Shown here piece by piece: positions 1 to 14,174 of a DNA stretch of 64,000 nucleotides (position 1 is its first letter; every line of letters begins with the position of its first letter). Origin of the DNA: Calcarisporiella thermophila CBS 279.70 (taxonomy: Eukaryota; Fungi; Calcarisporiellomycota); NCBI RefSeq assembly GCF_041956535.1, contig NW_027192191.1, forward strand, positions 1,251,443-1,315,442, written 5' to 3'. Made by a program: the position numbers and the translations under genes. Under the pieces are notes generated by a model that saw nothing but the letters and a program-made list of their open reading frames with translations, was not told the origin of the DNA and did not search any database.

Positions 1-1477
1 TTTACAGTACATTGCGATAGTCCTTAATTCACCATGTCCTTTGTTATTCCCAACGCAGAAATCTCTAGAAATTCACATAGATCATAGAGTGCTCGCCGAT
101 GGCATAATTTCAACAAATCCATTAGGTAAATTTCCAAAGATTTGCGGCGCTGAAGTGCGAGTCGTGCTTTGCGCTCGGCGCGCACATCCTCTTCGTAAGG
201 ATAGCAGTAGTTAAGCACAGAGTGATATGCGTGTGCGAGCTGGCTTGGAAAATGCGGTAGAGAGGGAATGTCCTCCTGGAAACTCTTAACAGTCATGACC
301 GTATGCAGCTTGATAAAATCGACGAGTGTCTTGCGCAAAACCCACTTGACATCCCCATATTTGAGCTCAATGCGGAAGATATATTGCCGATAATGCGAGG
401 TTTGATCAATAATCGAATCCGTTATGGCCAACTGGAGAGATCAAAGGATTCAATCAGCGGACGTTGGCGCCTTGTCAATAATCAAGCATACCTGTAGTGC
501 CTCAAATAGCACAGGAGGCTAATGGTTGCAAAATATTTGAATTCCTAAGTTATACAGGGTATACAATCATTACTTCCGAAAAATGTTCAATGTTCATACC
601 GGCTTTCGACCTTGGGAGTCCCTCAGCAGTCCGTGAAATGGTACGTACAGTGCTCCCACAAAAAATGGATCAATGCTATTACTTACTACATGTAGTTTAC
701 GTTTTGCGGCTTCTCTTTGCGCAGGGATCGTAAGTTTATTCACTCGATGTAGCTTTTTGACAATGGTCTTGAAAGGCTCTCTGGGTACTGATCCTATGTA
801 ACCATCCTTAGTGCAAGCCCAAAACAGATAGAGTATGGAAACAAAGTACCCATTCTCTCCATCGCCGTACCGTTACTCATTTCCACCTTGCTTGTATACT
901 TCATCTCATTTTTCTCTTTCTCACTTTCAATATCTTTCTCCTCCTCTTTCTCAGCTATGCCTACACTCTGTTCATTTTCCTCCTCCTTTTCCTCACCCAC
1001 CTCCTCACCTCCTTCCTTTTCCTTTCCTTTCTCTAAACGATTAGCCATGGTATCAACAGCTGAACGTTGTGGTTCCTTGTATCTAGCATCTCGAACATGG
1101 TACTCGGTTAGGGACGTGTTTTCCTCAGGTTCAACCAGCAAACAGGATAATTCCGTGGGCGCCGGCAGGCGTTCTTCTTCCAAGGAATCGCCTCCTAATT
1201 TAGATATAGCACGTGGGATGCGATCTGATGGGTGACTATGCGATTCTTTGTCTTGAAAATGATGAGAAAAGCCTTCGGGCATAAATGAGCTGGATCGACG
1301 ATGAGTGGTATAGGACTTTGGGGGGTGTTTTCGCCTCGAACTATTTTCATTTTCTCGGATCCTTTCCACCGGTGTGTCATCAACATTCTGCACCAGAGCT
1401 AGCGTAGGGCGAGGATAAGTCACTGTAGATCCGGTTTTCGAATTAACCGGCAGTGTAGAAGATCTCCCTAAGCTCAT
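1..1477 (-). CDS. SPO14: Phospholipase D1 (Spo14-like), 5' part; gene continues past the window start
   Basis: Low-complexity N-terminal exon (794-1477). The exon at 24-431 reads FRIELKYGDVKWVLRKTLVDFIKLH...RRKSLEIYLMDLL...LCEFLEIS, the PX domain typical of fungal PLD1. Confidence 0.8.
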
Positions 1478-1707
1478 TTCTATAGTTTTGGCTTAATGTA
1501 GATCAAAGGCTAAAAGCATAGTGAGATATAACTAGCTATATTAAAGGATAGGTGAGGAGAGGCGGATAAATTTTGTTTTTTGGCGGCCGCCATCACAGAA
1601 ATTATTAAAATAGACCATGCTTTGACTCTCCAAAATGAAAAAAAAAAAATCATACAAAAGTTTGATCTACAAAGAACCTCAATTAAAGTAAACGATTCAG
1701 ATAGCGC

Positions 1708-4259
1708 TCAAATGGGTTGTGATTCCACATACACCTCTAAAATATTTCTCAAGCTCACCGCAAACCCTGTATCGTTGTCAACAAGATACAGGAGAGGAAT
1801 CAAATGTAAGCCCTCCTTAACGGCAATCAGGGAGAATTCTAGCAGCTGACAGGAGGATGGATACAATGGACTGAAAAACAAATACTATCAGCACGGCAGC
1901 TCATATAATTTGAATAGCCCGTCTCACCTTAGGTTCACGTTATTCTCAAGGCACATTATATCGGAGTCATGGAGGTGGTTTTCGTGGTAATTTTGGAGAA
2001 ACTCTTGAGAAGAATCAGGCAAAATAAGTATTAGCAAACCGGGTATTGAACCATCCGAGGATAAATATGTTACCGTTTTCGAGCATGTGTAATGTAATTT
2101 TCTTGGGTGTTTGGTACGCCAATCCCCTTATGTCGTCACCAATAGCAGGCCTGCCACTACTATCAAAGAGGAAGGGATCAGGAAAACTGAGAAGAAGCTA
2201 TATATGAAACACTCTCGAATGACCTTGGTTGACCTCCGGTTCCATTTTGAAGGGGTAATCGGCGCCTCCCAGGAATAACGGCAGTAAATCGACGGGTGTG
2301 TTTGGATTGATTTACAATGAATATCTTGAGTGGAAAGGGCCTTCCAACGATGGGGTTATTATCCACTAAAGTAAATACAAAGCGTTAATCAATAGAGCAA
2401 TCTTTCCGGATGACATATTAATTTCATCCGCACCGCTGAAGGTCACATAAAGCCCATCTGGTAAGCTATCGTCTCTGGAATCAACGGTCCCGGCACGTCC
2501 AATTGAGGACATGCTTGCCGGCCTATTGCTGCCTTGATCGCTGCTAGCCACGATCGAGCGAGATATGGTTGACTCTCGTATACTTGCACGTGGTCTCCCT
2601 CCTCCTCCGTTATCTGGGAGGGCCTGTCGCCCTTGACTTGCCAAAGAATCTGGCCGAGACTGTTGGTGGATGCCCGAAGTGTCAAGGGTATAAGTCCATC
2701 TCATGCGAATCGGACTGATGGAATGCTTGCTTCCCTCAACGAGTGGTACTCCTATCACCGTGATTTCGACACGGTGGATATTGGAGGGCTCCGAGATGGG
2801 AGAGGCAGTGGAGAAAATGGAGGAAATAGAAGCACGTCGTGATGAGGTTCGTGCAGGAGGAACAATACTGGAGGGTCGGGAGGAATTCGGCGAGGTTGGG
2901 GTTGCGGTCATATTAGAAGCAAGGAGTGTGACGTTGTATAGGAATGTGAGTCGCTCTGCCGGATTGATTTTGGTTGGAAGTTGAATCTACCCATCCCAAA
3001 CATTAATATCATTAAGGAGAATGAGGTAATAGTTTCTTACATCTTCTGCGGATATACGGGTGAGTGTCCCATTGACGATCTGGACTTCGATTTCCTGGAC
3101 CTCAAAGTCGCACTCATTAATTTCGTTGTTTTCCAACTCAACGAACATGAATAACGTCCTTTCAACAGGCGACACCCCCTTTGTTCTCATTCGTAAGAGA
3201 GCCGCTTGGCGTACGGGAAGAGTTTTTTGCACGTTGCGACTGATGGCTTGCGTGAAAGTGGGGCTAGATACTCCCACAGAATTGCGGTGAAACTCAGCAG
3301 GAACGCGATGAATCGGCATATTTTCACCCGAAAAAGCCGGATCTACGGACAAAGACAGCGCTGGAATAAGTACTAATTGCGGGTGGATAAGATGAGCAAA
3401 ATACCTTCTCGGAGGCCATCTAATAGGTTGACAGTATTGAATTCTTCCAAGTTATAAGCATCGATATTCTTTTCCTCGGTTTGCTCAGATGCTTTGTCGA
3501 CCATATCACTTTTATGGAGTATACGGTATGCAATGGTCACATTGATATTAATGGCAAGCGATTGTACCCGACCACGTAAACTTGCTGTATAAAAGAAAAA
3601 AAATGAGGAATGAGATTTAAAGGGATAAATAAAAGTAATCACCTATAGGAATAGACATGGGAAATAAGCAACACCAGCTTGCATTCTTCTGAAAAACTAT
3701 TGGCACTTGTTTTCCGCGAGGATTATAGGTTTGGGCAAAAAAGGGAATCGGTTCATTTAGCGCTTTTACTGGAGGGGTATTCTTTGATAGCTGCATAAGT
3801 CCAGGTGAAGAGGGGGGTCGATTAGGCAGATTACGAGGAGATCCAGATCCATTAGACTCCATTCTCGAGGATATACGGTGGATATTAGATGGTGTAGCAG
3901 CCCCCAAATCAACAAAACTCGCTTCCACCTGGACATCGAGGTTAGAGAAGAAATTCGCGATGGCAGAAGGGGTGAGCTGTGGATCAGCACAGTATTCTTC
4001 CGGCAATCGGATAAGAATATATGTCTGCAAATTTTCATCTATTTTACAATACATGCTGCCACTACAGTTGTAAGATTCGTGGAGATGCTCATTATTTACC
4101 GTGAAAAACGAATTCTCGTCTTTTGGCCTCAAGTATTGATTCCGGGCTTGCAAGGACTTCAGAGTAAGGGGAGACCGGGATGCACACTTCCACGATGCAT
4201 CCATGAAACAGTGCATCACTTGCTAGAGCTTCATCATTATTATCCAGGTTCATCGCCAT
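1708..4259 (-). CDS. TRS65: TRAPPII subunit Trs65-domain protein, multi-exon
   Basis: ATG at 4259 (MAMNLDNNDEAL...). C-terminal exons read VGRPFPLKIFIVNQSKHTRRF...DIMCLENNVNL/PLYPSSCQLLEFSLIAVKEGLHLIPLLYLVD, matching the Trs65 C-terminal domain. Stop TGA at 1708-1710. Confidence 0.7.
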
Positions 4260-4408
4260 TGGAATTTGATAAGCTGAGAAGCAAGTACGCGCTTCAGAGG
4301 ATGGAATTTCATTTCCTTTTTACCTGAATCGAATTCGTGACTACTCAATTATTTCATGTTTGCAATAGCCGCTCTTTGTAACCTAATTCTAATCATTAGC
4401 CCATAAAC

Positions 4409-5134
4409 ATGTCAACCGATTCGCCACATAAGAAAGAGTTCTCCGGCAAGCTTCTGGCCATGAAGGTAAATGCCTCGTCATATATCAGAATGCAATAAAG
4501 AGTCTTTCTGATGATTTTTTTATCATCCGCAGTTTATGCAACGGCAGCAGGAGAGAGAGCTAAGAGAAAAGCTCGAAAAAGAACAGCGCAAAGCTATTTC
4601 AGAAGCACATTGGGTTTTGGAATATGAGGCGGGGGAAATCGAAAAACCGTAAGCTCAATAGATTATTTATTTTTACAGGCGTGAGTTATTGACACGATGA
4701 GTATGATAGTAAAGTTAGGGTCGAATATGAGCCAAGTTACTTGTCCTGCACAACTACTAATGTCGTTGGAAGAAAGTCATTCAATAATTTTAACAAAGAA
4801 ATAGAAGTAATCCTCAAACAAAACGTGCTAGTTTCGCCTATATCTTTGCTAATCTTCCCTCTGATATTCTCTTAAGAAAATTGCTACTGATTCACTGAAA
4901 GAGCAACGGTCTGCTCGAGAGTCGGAAGCAGAAAAACTCTTAACGGTCGACGACAAAACCTATGCACGGCGAATGGATAAAATGGGTGGTATTTCCAACG
5001 GTACTCTAAGAGTATCTTCTCCGCATAAGCGGCAATTGAAAGATAACCCTGGGGCCAAGGAGAGTGATAGCAAGAAACCAAAGAGGGACAGAGACGGGGG
5101 GAGTAAAAGGGAGTTTATAAAGCCCTCTGATTGA
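4409..5134 (+). CDS. MPP6: M-phase phosphoprotein 6 (exosome cofactor), 4 exons; missed by the ORF track
   Basis: Spliced translation MSTDSPHKKEFSGKLLAMK/FMQRQ...EAHWVL...VGRKSFNNFNKEIE...REFIKPSD* carries the MPP6 signatures S.KLL.MKFMQR, GR.SF.NFNKEIE and terminal F.KP.D. Confidence 0.85.
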
Positions 5135-5364
5135 TATCACTAGAATATACTCCCGGGGGCGAAATAGATGTTTTTGTATATATAAATATAAACTCCAAAA
5201 TTAGTTTTAATTGCAGAGCTTTCGTATGTTCTCTAAACCATTTGGGTAATCCCAGCGCCTTCCTGCATGCGCTGACCACCCCCCTGGTATTCATGTATAA
5301 TGCCAGCAAGCATTTGTATAAATTGGGATGAATACAAATTTACACGTACAACCCGGTATAATAT

Positions 5365-6894
5365 TTAAGTAGATTTTTTGAGCGAACCCGTGTGTTCAAT
5401 GGCATGCGTGCCCTCATAGTCGAGATGGACCTATTATAATTTTTGGAAGAAAAGTTAGCAAAAATGATTAGCTAAATGCAAAATTCAAAGGCCAATTACA
5501 AAACATCTTTCGACCATATCTAGCTTTTCCACCGCTTCTTGGAGAGCCTCACCAATATCATGGGCGCGATTTAGAGGAGTGTCGGGAGGGAGGATAATAT
5601 CGATCTCAACGAAAAGTCTTTCTCCAGCCTTGACGAACGAAGATTTCAAAGTCAGCCAAAAATACACACCAGCATTAAACACTTCCACTTGGCTTACATG
5701 GTAGGCTCTCACGGTGTCCAGCTGGAGGATCAAGGGGCTGAATCGGCAAGCAAGATAGCTTAACTGGTTGAGTTGCTCAGGTTTAGCCGTGGTTCCCAGA
5801 AGACGACGAATGTTCTCTATGAAAGCATTTTAGCAACTTATTAATCTTTTCAAGATGATGAAATGGAGTTTACCCATTAATACGCCCATCCATTCATATA
5901 TGATATAGATGCAGAGCAATATTGCACCCACCGGGTCAATATACCACCAATTTGTTTCCACGGCCACCGCGAGAAACCATGAGCTCGCCGTGTTGAAGAT
6001 GACATCATTTTTATGGTCTATGGCAAGCGCCCGGACATTTGCACTTCCCTTGATGGAACGGCACCACAACCAGAGAATGGCCTTGACAAACACGTTCACC
6101 AACAGTAATATGGCCCCTGTTTCATCGAGCTTCAGGGACGCTGATCCCTCGGTAGGGTCCATCAGCCTACGTACTGAAGAAACCAGGATTTGAAGAAAGG
6201 AGATGGTCACTATCACTGCGAATACCACGATACCAAGCGGCTCCATTCTGGCCTAATAGCGTTTCATTATTTTAATGGAACTGACTTGCCAATTCATGAG
6301 TCTCTTTCTTTTTACCTTGCCTACTGGATATTTGTAGTAGTAATCTCGACTTTTAATATACCGGGCGGTATATACAATGATACCACTCGATATCAAATCC
6401 AGAAAGCTCTCGACTGTCGAGGCGAGCACCGACAAACTCCTATCAACTTGGAGCAAACGGTTAATCCATATCCTAATAACATTCTACTAGAAAACACGGA
6501 CCCCGAGAGGGCGGCTACCGACACCTTTGAGGCGAAAAGGATAAGATTGGCTGCGAAGGAGATGCGAACAGCTAATTGAATTGTACGTTCAGAAGAGAGG
6601 TGGCGCTGCTGTGGCTCCGGTTCACCTGTCTCTTGCTCAGGTGCAGCGTCGATGATGGCATCCACGATCTTAAATTTGTCGAGAAGGTCATTCTGACGCT
6701 ATTGAGATGAATATTAGGGGTGAGATGAGGTAGTGCGGTCAAAGCATTCGCCGCAAGCTTACTTCATAAAATCGACGTACTGGCCGCTTCTTAATTTTTT
6801 CAAGTTCTTCTGGATTCTTTCGGAACTGGTAAAAGTGGTAAGGATTAGTTTGAGAGTTGAGCGTGTCTCCGGTTGAATCGTTACTCTTGGACAT
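5365..6894 (-). CDS. Cation diffusion facilitator, Mn-CDF/MTP8-11-like metal transporter
   Basis: Motifs VRRFYE, ASTVESFLD, YKYPVGK, EPLGIVVF, DHKNDV, DTVRAYH, HDIGEALQ..VEKL..VERCFVHLDYE. GT-AG introns. Confidence 0.9.
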
Positions 6895-7875
6895 TAAGAC
6901 GGGATCTATCTGAGTCTGATTTGAAAAATTGCCACCGTTTTCGCTCTCCTGGGGGGTAAAGGGGAACGGGTCTTTTTTCAACGAGTATAGGAGAGCCACG
7001 GAAAAGAAAAAAAAAAAGAAAGAAAAGGCAAGAATGGTACCCCATAAGTATATTTGCAAAAGAACCGTCCCCCGTCATGTCGTTTTATTTGCATAATAAT
7101 TTTGACAACGATACTTAAGCAATGCCAGATCGGATTCGATTTCAATATCATGCGAACGCCAGCCTCATTTAATGAATTTATTCTATTAACTAGACGTCAA
7201 AAGAATTAAACGAGGATCGCCGCTTCCTGGCTCACATGAAATACCCGGACTTTCTAAGTTTTTCCACGTGCTAGAGCTGCTTGGATACTAGGGACATTTT
7301 GCCTCTCCTTTATCTGGATCATGGCTAACTTTGGATAGATGTAAGGCTTGGACCATCCCGGGAGGCAGCTCACAGATGATAAAAATTCTTCTAACATTAC
7401 AATAAGCTTAGCAGGAGAAGTGAGAATGTCGAACATATACATTCTTTGGCGGTGGTCTCTTCCTTGGCTTTCCTGCGCGAGAGATTATTACCTCTTCTAT
7501 GGCCGTCATTCGATGAAAATACGACTGAGGATTTGACCTAACGGAAAATAATCTTGAATCCGGACAGTACGAACAAGTGTTGGGATGAACAATATCATAT
7601 ACTCTTATTTTTAACAGTCACTATTTTTACCCATATCTAAATTCGATATTAAAGCGGACGATCAGCCCTATAATCTTGTGCGAGAGCAATAATATCAGAA
7701 GGTGGGTGGCTTAGTGCAACGCCTACTGATGAATACTGGCTAGTTCTTGAGCTCATGCTCTCTCGTGTTTTATCAATAGAGAGGCCAGAGAGGGGCAGTT
7801 TTTCTTTGACCACCAACTGCACCATTGAATCTCATCATTTTTGGCATCCCATCCCTCCACATCCCCTGATCCAAA

Positions 7876-10299
7876 ATGGAAGATGATGACCTAACGGGCT
7901 CCTTGTTCTACAGCCCTGCAACCGCCGCCGCCTCCTCGCCTGCCTCCTCATTTGCGAGTGGGTTAGCCCCGTCGATTACCGCGTCTATATTTGCACCTTC
8001 TGATTTCGGCAACCCATGGTTTGCAGATGTACCTACAACTTCGGATGGTATTGATGTCAAGACTCTACTAGGTTAAGATCTTAGCTCCTTTCCTTAAGTA
8101 TGTAGAACTTGACTCGAATTGCTAATCGATTTCGCCAATGTAGCCGGCGCGTTAATCGATCCAATATATAACCAAGCGTTCCAACAAGCAACTCCCGTGG
8201 GTGGTTCTGTTTCGGTTTCATCGCTTCACAGAGTAATCAGCTTGGCTGGTCTTCCCCCCTCAGTTACAGAGCGTATTCTCAATCTGGCAGTTGCATCCAA
8301 CACAACACGCGTCAGCAGAGGGGAATTTAATGTTGCGCTTGCTCTCGCTGCTATGGCGCAAAAGGGAATGGGTAAGAGCCATGCGTGGAATTCGATGCTT
8401 CACCCATTTAACCGCTTTTCCATAGATGTTTCTCTCGATAATTTGGCCAACCACAAGGACGACATACCCACCCCGAGTCTGCCGGGTCTCGAGAACCTAA
8501 AGGTGGATGTGAGCAGCAGGGCCGGCGAAGCCTCCTCGACTTCACAGACTAATGACATGAGTTCGGTTAGCTTTCCAGATCCGTGGAGCACCGCTGGAAC
8601 GAATGGGTATTCAAGTAAAGATTCGGAGACATTCGCGCAGGCGGCTGCAAATCGGGTTGCGCCCGCCGTGCCCTCAGGACGAATCGCGCGCACGAACGAG
8701 GAGGCATTCCAATGGTATCTTGACATGGATACAGTCAAAGTTAACATCTCGCCCGAGCGTGAGGGCTTCCTATTCAAACATGTCAATTATATCGTGGAGT
8801 CACAGGTAAGCTATCCCTCTGGTCATGTTGGAATCCGACCATACCAATGACAATGATGTCCATCTCATTCTCCCAGCGTCACGGATCGACCGTAGTTAGA
8901 CGATATAGTGATTTCTGGTGGTTAATGGAGGTTCTTGTACAGCGCTATCCCTTCCGCATTCTCCCACACATGCCGCCTAAAAAGATCGGAGGAAGTAAGT
9001 GTTTCATCCTCTTAACCTACCCTTACCGGCATTGAATTCAACCTTATTAAGTGGACGATGGGTTCCTCGAGAAGCGCCGAAAAGGGCTGGTCCGATTTAT
9101 CAATTTTATCGCCCGGCACCCGATATTGCGCGACGATGACCTGGTCTTGACTTTTTTAACGGAGCCGATGGTATTACGGGCATGTTTTAATAGATTTATT
9201 TTTTTTATATATGTTTACTGTCGAACCGTCCTACCTTTGCGACTGCACTGACCAGGGAAGATTAAATGTGTCTTTTTTGCTCTATCTAATAGGAAATGGC
9301 CCTATGGCGGCGCCAGAACATATTTTCGCTCGAGGACGAATTCAAGCGCCTGTATGAGTGCGGTAAACTCTCCGTGGATGTGAGGGGTGAGACTTGCGAC
9401 CTCGAAAATCAGCTAGACCGAGTGCGAAAACGGCTGCCCAAATCCATTGAGTATTATCAAAATATGTGCCTGATTGTAGAGCGGCTGGCTCGGCGGTGGG
9501 AGGGGACGGCGGCCGATTTTGTCCGCTACGGGCTTTCGTTAAAGTAGGTGCTTCATCGCAGATGCCGAGCTGCAGCCATGCCTAACCCCCCTCTTCTCCA
9601 TCCCAGCTCCTTGTGCGAGAATGAGAAGGAGTGCCATGTTGAGGGCTGCTCCTACTGCCCGCAGCTTCTTCGCGGCTACGAGATGATTTCTGCTCACATG
9701 CAACGCGGAGGGAGCATTCTAGAGGATCAGACAAGGGCGGCCTACGACGGCATCCTCGAGAGTTTAAAGCGGCATCGAGACCTGCTTGTGTCGCTTCGGG
9801 TAAGCACCGCTTCTTATTCGGACTGCCCAAGCGCATTCTGACCCGTTTTTCTATAGAACTTGTTCGAGCGCAAGGATCGCCTTGGGGTGGATACCATCGA
9901 CACGCTGCAGAAGCGGATCCAACACAACCAAAATAAGCTCGACTCGATTCGGGAAACGCCAGGCCAGGAGTCGCTCTTCGAGCGGCTGACCTCCTCCATC
10001 GAACAGGTATACAGGCCGTTTTTTCCCCCTCTTTAGTTCTGCTTGACGCCATTCACCCTCTGCGTGTTTCCCTGTAGGACCAAAAGGACATTGAATACCA
10101 GCAAAAGCGCAATGCCTTTATAAGCACCTGTCTGCTGGCCGAGCTTAGGTTTTACCATTCCAACCACGCCTTCGTCTCCATGCTGTATCAGAATTTTGTT
10201 CATGATCAGGTCAAGTTTCTCCAACGACAGCTAGAAAACTGGAAACTGCTGAGCGATGCCGTCTATGACATGCCCGTCGACGCGGCCGGTTTTGCATAG
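7876..10299 (+). CDS. MVP1: Sorting nexin Mvp1/SNX8 (EH-like N-terminus, PX, BAR)
   Basis: [61 protein letters not shown], followed by helical BAR exons. Stop TAG at 10297-10299. Confidence 0.9.
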
Positions 10300-10624
10300 A
10301 GGATATACACACACATATATATATTGGGTTGCTTACTTTTTTTCTTTATTTACGTTGAGTCTGTTTTCTTTTTTTTTTTTTTCCTGCCTTACCCCCTTTA
10401 TTATTTCTTACTCGTGATCGTATTTGCTTTTTGTTGCCATATATACTTTATTTCTTTTCCCCGTCTCCAATTTTACTTTTATGTTCTCCATAATCTAACA
10501 TACTATTCTATCTGCTATTCGCCCATAAAAATGCGGTCACACACCTTTTTTTTAATTGTGGATTCAACGGTCCACTTTCATATGCCTGATCATACCATTG
10601 CACTCTAGACGAGGGCAGCCCATC

Positions 10625-11675
10625 ATGTATACTTACATCATCGATCAGGTTGAGATTCTTTTCCAGCGCCTTGGCTACAAGATCAAGTATGAGACGGATT
10701 TCACCTCCCATATGACGGGTGGATGGTAAAATGAGTTGCCCTTTTTCTTGGCTTGGCCTGTCATTCATCAAGATCTCCATGGTGGTAGGTACCTTTCTCC
10801 GCGCTGGCATGCACACGAGTTCATCCTCACCAATCTTGTCTTCTTCACCCTCTTCTTCTGGAGCCTCTCTCGGATTCTGCGGCCCACCTCCCCCGTCTCT
10901 GTGGCCTTTTCCGAGTTCACCCCCGCGCGCTCCCTCAATCGAACCGACATGCTCATCACTGTCCTCGTTGCCTCCAGCGTCATTCTAACCGCCACCCACA
11001 AGATGCTGGGCTCCACCCTGTGGCTTATGTTCCAGCCGTGCCACATGCACAGCATGCTGCTGGCCGCCCTGCTGCTATGGCCACAGCCGAAGAAGCATTT
11101 TGGGGTGAATCTGGTTCTCAATGTGTACCTGCATCACCTGTGGGGGACGCTGTTGGCGCTCGCGCAGCCGGATTTCAGGGGCTATGGGCAGTTTCTTGAG
11201 AAGGAGAACTTTTGGTTTGGTAAGGCACAATTCCAGAGGAGGGAGCTGAGCTGAGCTGGGCGGCTAACTTGCCATTTTAGAGCACGTTGCCATTCTTGTT
11301 TTGCCGTTTTACATGCTCTACTCGGGCCGCTTCGCCCTGTTTCCGCTGAGCCTCGAGTTCTACGTCTTCGCGTACACGTGTCTTGGGATCTACCACAGCC
11401 TGATCCTGGAGGTGAGCTCGATCGTGTCCGGGATCAACATTAACTACATGCTGGCACCGCCACCAGGCAAGTCGGCATATTTTGGAGGCCATCCCTGAGG
11501 GCATTGGCTAATGTTTCTCCTTTTGGGTCCAGGTGTTCTCCAAATGTTCGGGCCGTGGTTTCGGATCATGCTGTACATGGTTGCCTGTGTTTTTATGTAT
11601 ATCTCGCGAGGGGTGGCGGTGGGCCTCACCACCACCCTTGTGCAGCCCCCGTGCGGGAAAGTCAAGGAGCAATAG
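10625..11675 (+). CDS. TMEM164: TMEM164-family multi-pass membrane protein
   Basis: Spliced MYTYIIDQ...TGGW/YLSPRWHAHEF...FQPCH...LALAQPD...ENFWFEH...SGININYMLAPP matches TMEM164 motifs. Confidence 0.8.
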
Positions 11676-13390
11676 AGGGCAGGCGCGTTGTTCGGCGGGA
11701 TGGCCCTTCAGCGCCCGCCCTTTAGCTTGCTTGGCGTGTGTTTGTGTGTGCATGCTTGTGTATATTTATGGTTTTTCAGTAAGCCAGTTTTTGCGTAGAT
11801 AAGATTCCCCTTTGTGCCCTTTGCCGGCAGGATGACTGTCGATGTACTTTATGAACTCTATCCCGAGTGTGTGCTAATAGACATTTCCCACTGAGCCATC
11901 CGGTATAATGTAAATAAATTTCGAGCCAAAAGAAAACAAACGGCGGAGGTGCCGAGCGGGGGCCTTGGCTAGGAGAGCATTTGGGGAGGCGAGCCACGTC
12001 CCCAACTGCCACGGGGGCGCGCGCTCGGCGGGCGCAGCGGCCTGCGCTGAACCCGCTTACTTCATCTTGGCAGGGGGAGGTGGGGAGGGGGAGGATCAGG
12101 CCCGCAGGCGGAGAGGCGTAGCTAAGGCCCACCGTGCTACCGTCGGTAGCTGGCTTTGGATTTGCGCGCGTCCCCAAATCCTGTTCCCCCCAATGTCGGC
12201 TGGCTCCGTACGCTAAAGTCGGGTTATTTTGTGCAATTCGTTAAGATTTACGGTTCGTGTGGTGGTTTGGGTTTAGCTTTCTCCTCTGCGGCCTAAGCTT
12301 TCCCACCACAAAACAATTCGTTTTCCTTCTGGTCGGTACCGCAGGCCACGAATGGAAGCAGGGCCGCCACCTCACCCAACCCTAGCGCGCATAGCTGACG
12401 GGCCGGCTGCCATTTGCTGACAAGGCTGCCATCCCATGTGGGCCGACCTCAAATCCGGCCTGAGCTTGCAGCCGCCTTGCTTAAGCAGGTGTCAGTCCGT
12501 TTGAGTTGCCCTCTCGCGGTTCCAATGGGCGGCCATCCTTACGAAGGCAAACACGCGGCGAGGGCGGGCAGCGGGAGAAGGGAAGCCAGGGCGGCGGAGG
12601 AGCCGATGCTCTCCTCCCCCTCCTTTGTGGGCGGGGGAGAGACAAGAGCATCCTCGCGCCGCGGGACAGTGTGGCAGCCGGCTTGCTGGGATCGAGCGCA
12701 GATCACCCGTGCGGCCGGGCGAGGCTCTTAGCAAGGCAGGGAAGCGCGGCGGCAAGGTTCGTTTGGTGTCAGGTTATGCGCTTTCCCCTGGGTCACGTTT
12801 AGTCATAGGCGGGAGTTCGCCTGAGCTTGGAGCGCGGTGTCCTTAATATGCGGATAAACGGACTAGCCGAGAATTGCCGGAGCTGCATGAACCTTCATGG
12901 AATGAATTCTATTTGTAACCACCTTCCTAAACCTCCTGGCGGCCAATCACCGGCGCGCTGCGGGGTTCCACCACAATCGGCCGAATTTTCCATCCGCTTT
13001 CCTTGCCAGCGCAGCGGGCGGCTCCCCCCCTTGCAAGCACAGGGCAGAGCGGCAGCCGCCGCGCCCGTTTTCTCCCCGGCCCAAGCCCATGCCTGGTCCG
13101 GCCGCGTGGTCCGTTGCGCGGCCGCGCGCTGCGGGGGATGAGCCCCCGGCAGGCAGCGTTTGCAGCGTGGTATATTTTTGGATCCTGTCGCAGGTCCACG
13201 CGGATTGGCCAGTTCATTTAACGTAAAACACGATCGTCTCTCATAAGGCGTGGAGTGTTTTTTTCTGAGGTGCAATGTGACAGACTCCAAATTAGTCAAA
13301 AATAACCGACCGCAGAAGAAAACGAGAAACCCACTTATTAAAAAAGCCCTAAATAAGTTGCTCTACCGGTCCTCCGCGTTGCACAGCGAG

Positions 13391-13396
13391 TATAAA
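13391..13396 (+). promoter_or_regulatory. TATA box of the C2H2 TF gene
   Basis: TATAAA about 105 nt upstream of ATG 13496. CCAAT-type elements lie further upstream (~12943, ~13204). Confidence 0.5.
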
Positions 13397-13495
13397 GAGA
13401 GAGGAGGCAGACGGCCACTCGGCTCTCCTGTTTTTCGCTTCTTCCCCTGAAAGACGAATCGCCCTCTCCCCACCGCAAGCACTCGGGCTAAGACA

Positions 13496-14174
13496 ATGGG
13501 AACGTACTTCTACTTTGACATCCCCTCCCCCACCCTGACTATCCAAGAAATGGCCACCTCCAATCCCAATCCTGAATTCGGCTACCCAGCCACATCGCTG
13601 CCCGCATCCACAGCCGCGGCCGAATTCGCAGAAATGAACCTGGGCTACATCGGCTTCCCCCCCGCATCAAAGGGGGAATCCGAATGCGGGGCTCGCGCCC
13701 TGTACGAGGCCCCGTATTATCCCTCCGTCTCGTGGTCATCCTGCATTCCCCTGAACAATCCCTCGGCCACTCCTCTGTGGCCTCCCCTCACATTCCCGCC
13801 CGAGCTCTCGCTCGTCTCTCCCCCCCACGTCCCCGCCCCCGCCCCCCCCGCTGGGCCCCTGGCCCCGCGCATCGGTGGCAGAAAACGGATGCAGACGGTG
13901 GCCAACGACCAGCCTCGCCCCTACGTCTGCGACAAATGCCCGCAGTCATTCACGCGCAATCACGACCTCAAGGTAATCATCCCCTCTGAAAATGATGCTC
14001 TGCCAATTGGCCCAGCTGACGCTCCCTTTCTCGCGCTTCTAGAGACACAAACGGATCCACCTCCAGGTCAAGCCCTTTTCGTGCCAGTGCGGCAAGGCCT
14101 TCTCCAGGCGCGACGCGTTGAAACGGCATATGACGGTGCGCAAATGTGTCGCGAACAACAGTGTCAAGAAATAA
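13496..14174 (+). CDS. Two-finger C2H2 zinc-finger transcription factor
   Basis: Pro-rich N-terminus, then YVCDKCPQSFTRNHDLK/[intron 13973-14042]/RHKRIHLQVKPFSCQCGKAFSRRDALKRH...*. Confidence 0.9.

Noticed and set aside
7695-7838. Minus-strand ATGATGA...CTGA pair as a possible C/D snoRNA
   Set aside because: 140-nt spacing, no convincing rRNA-complementary guide, and it overlaps the MVP1 promoter.
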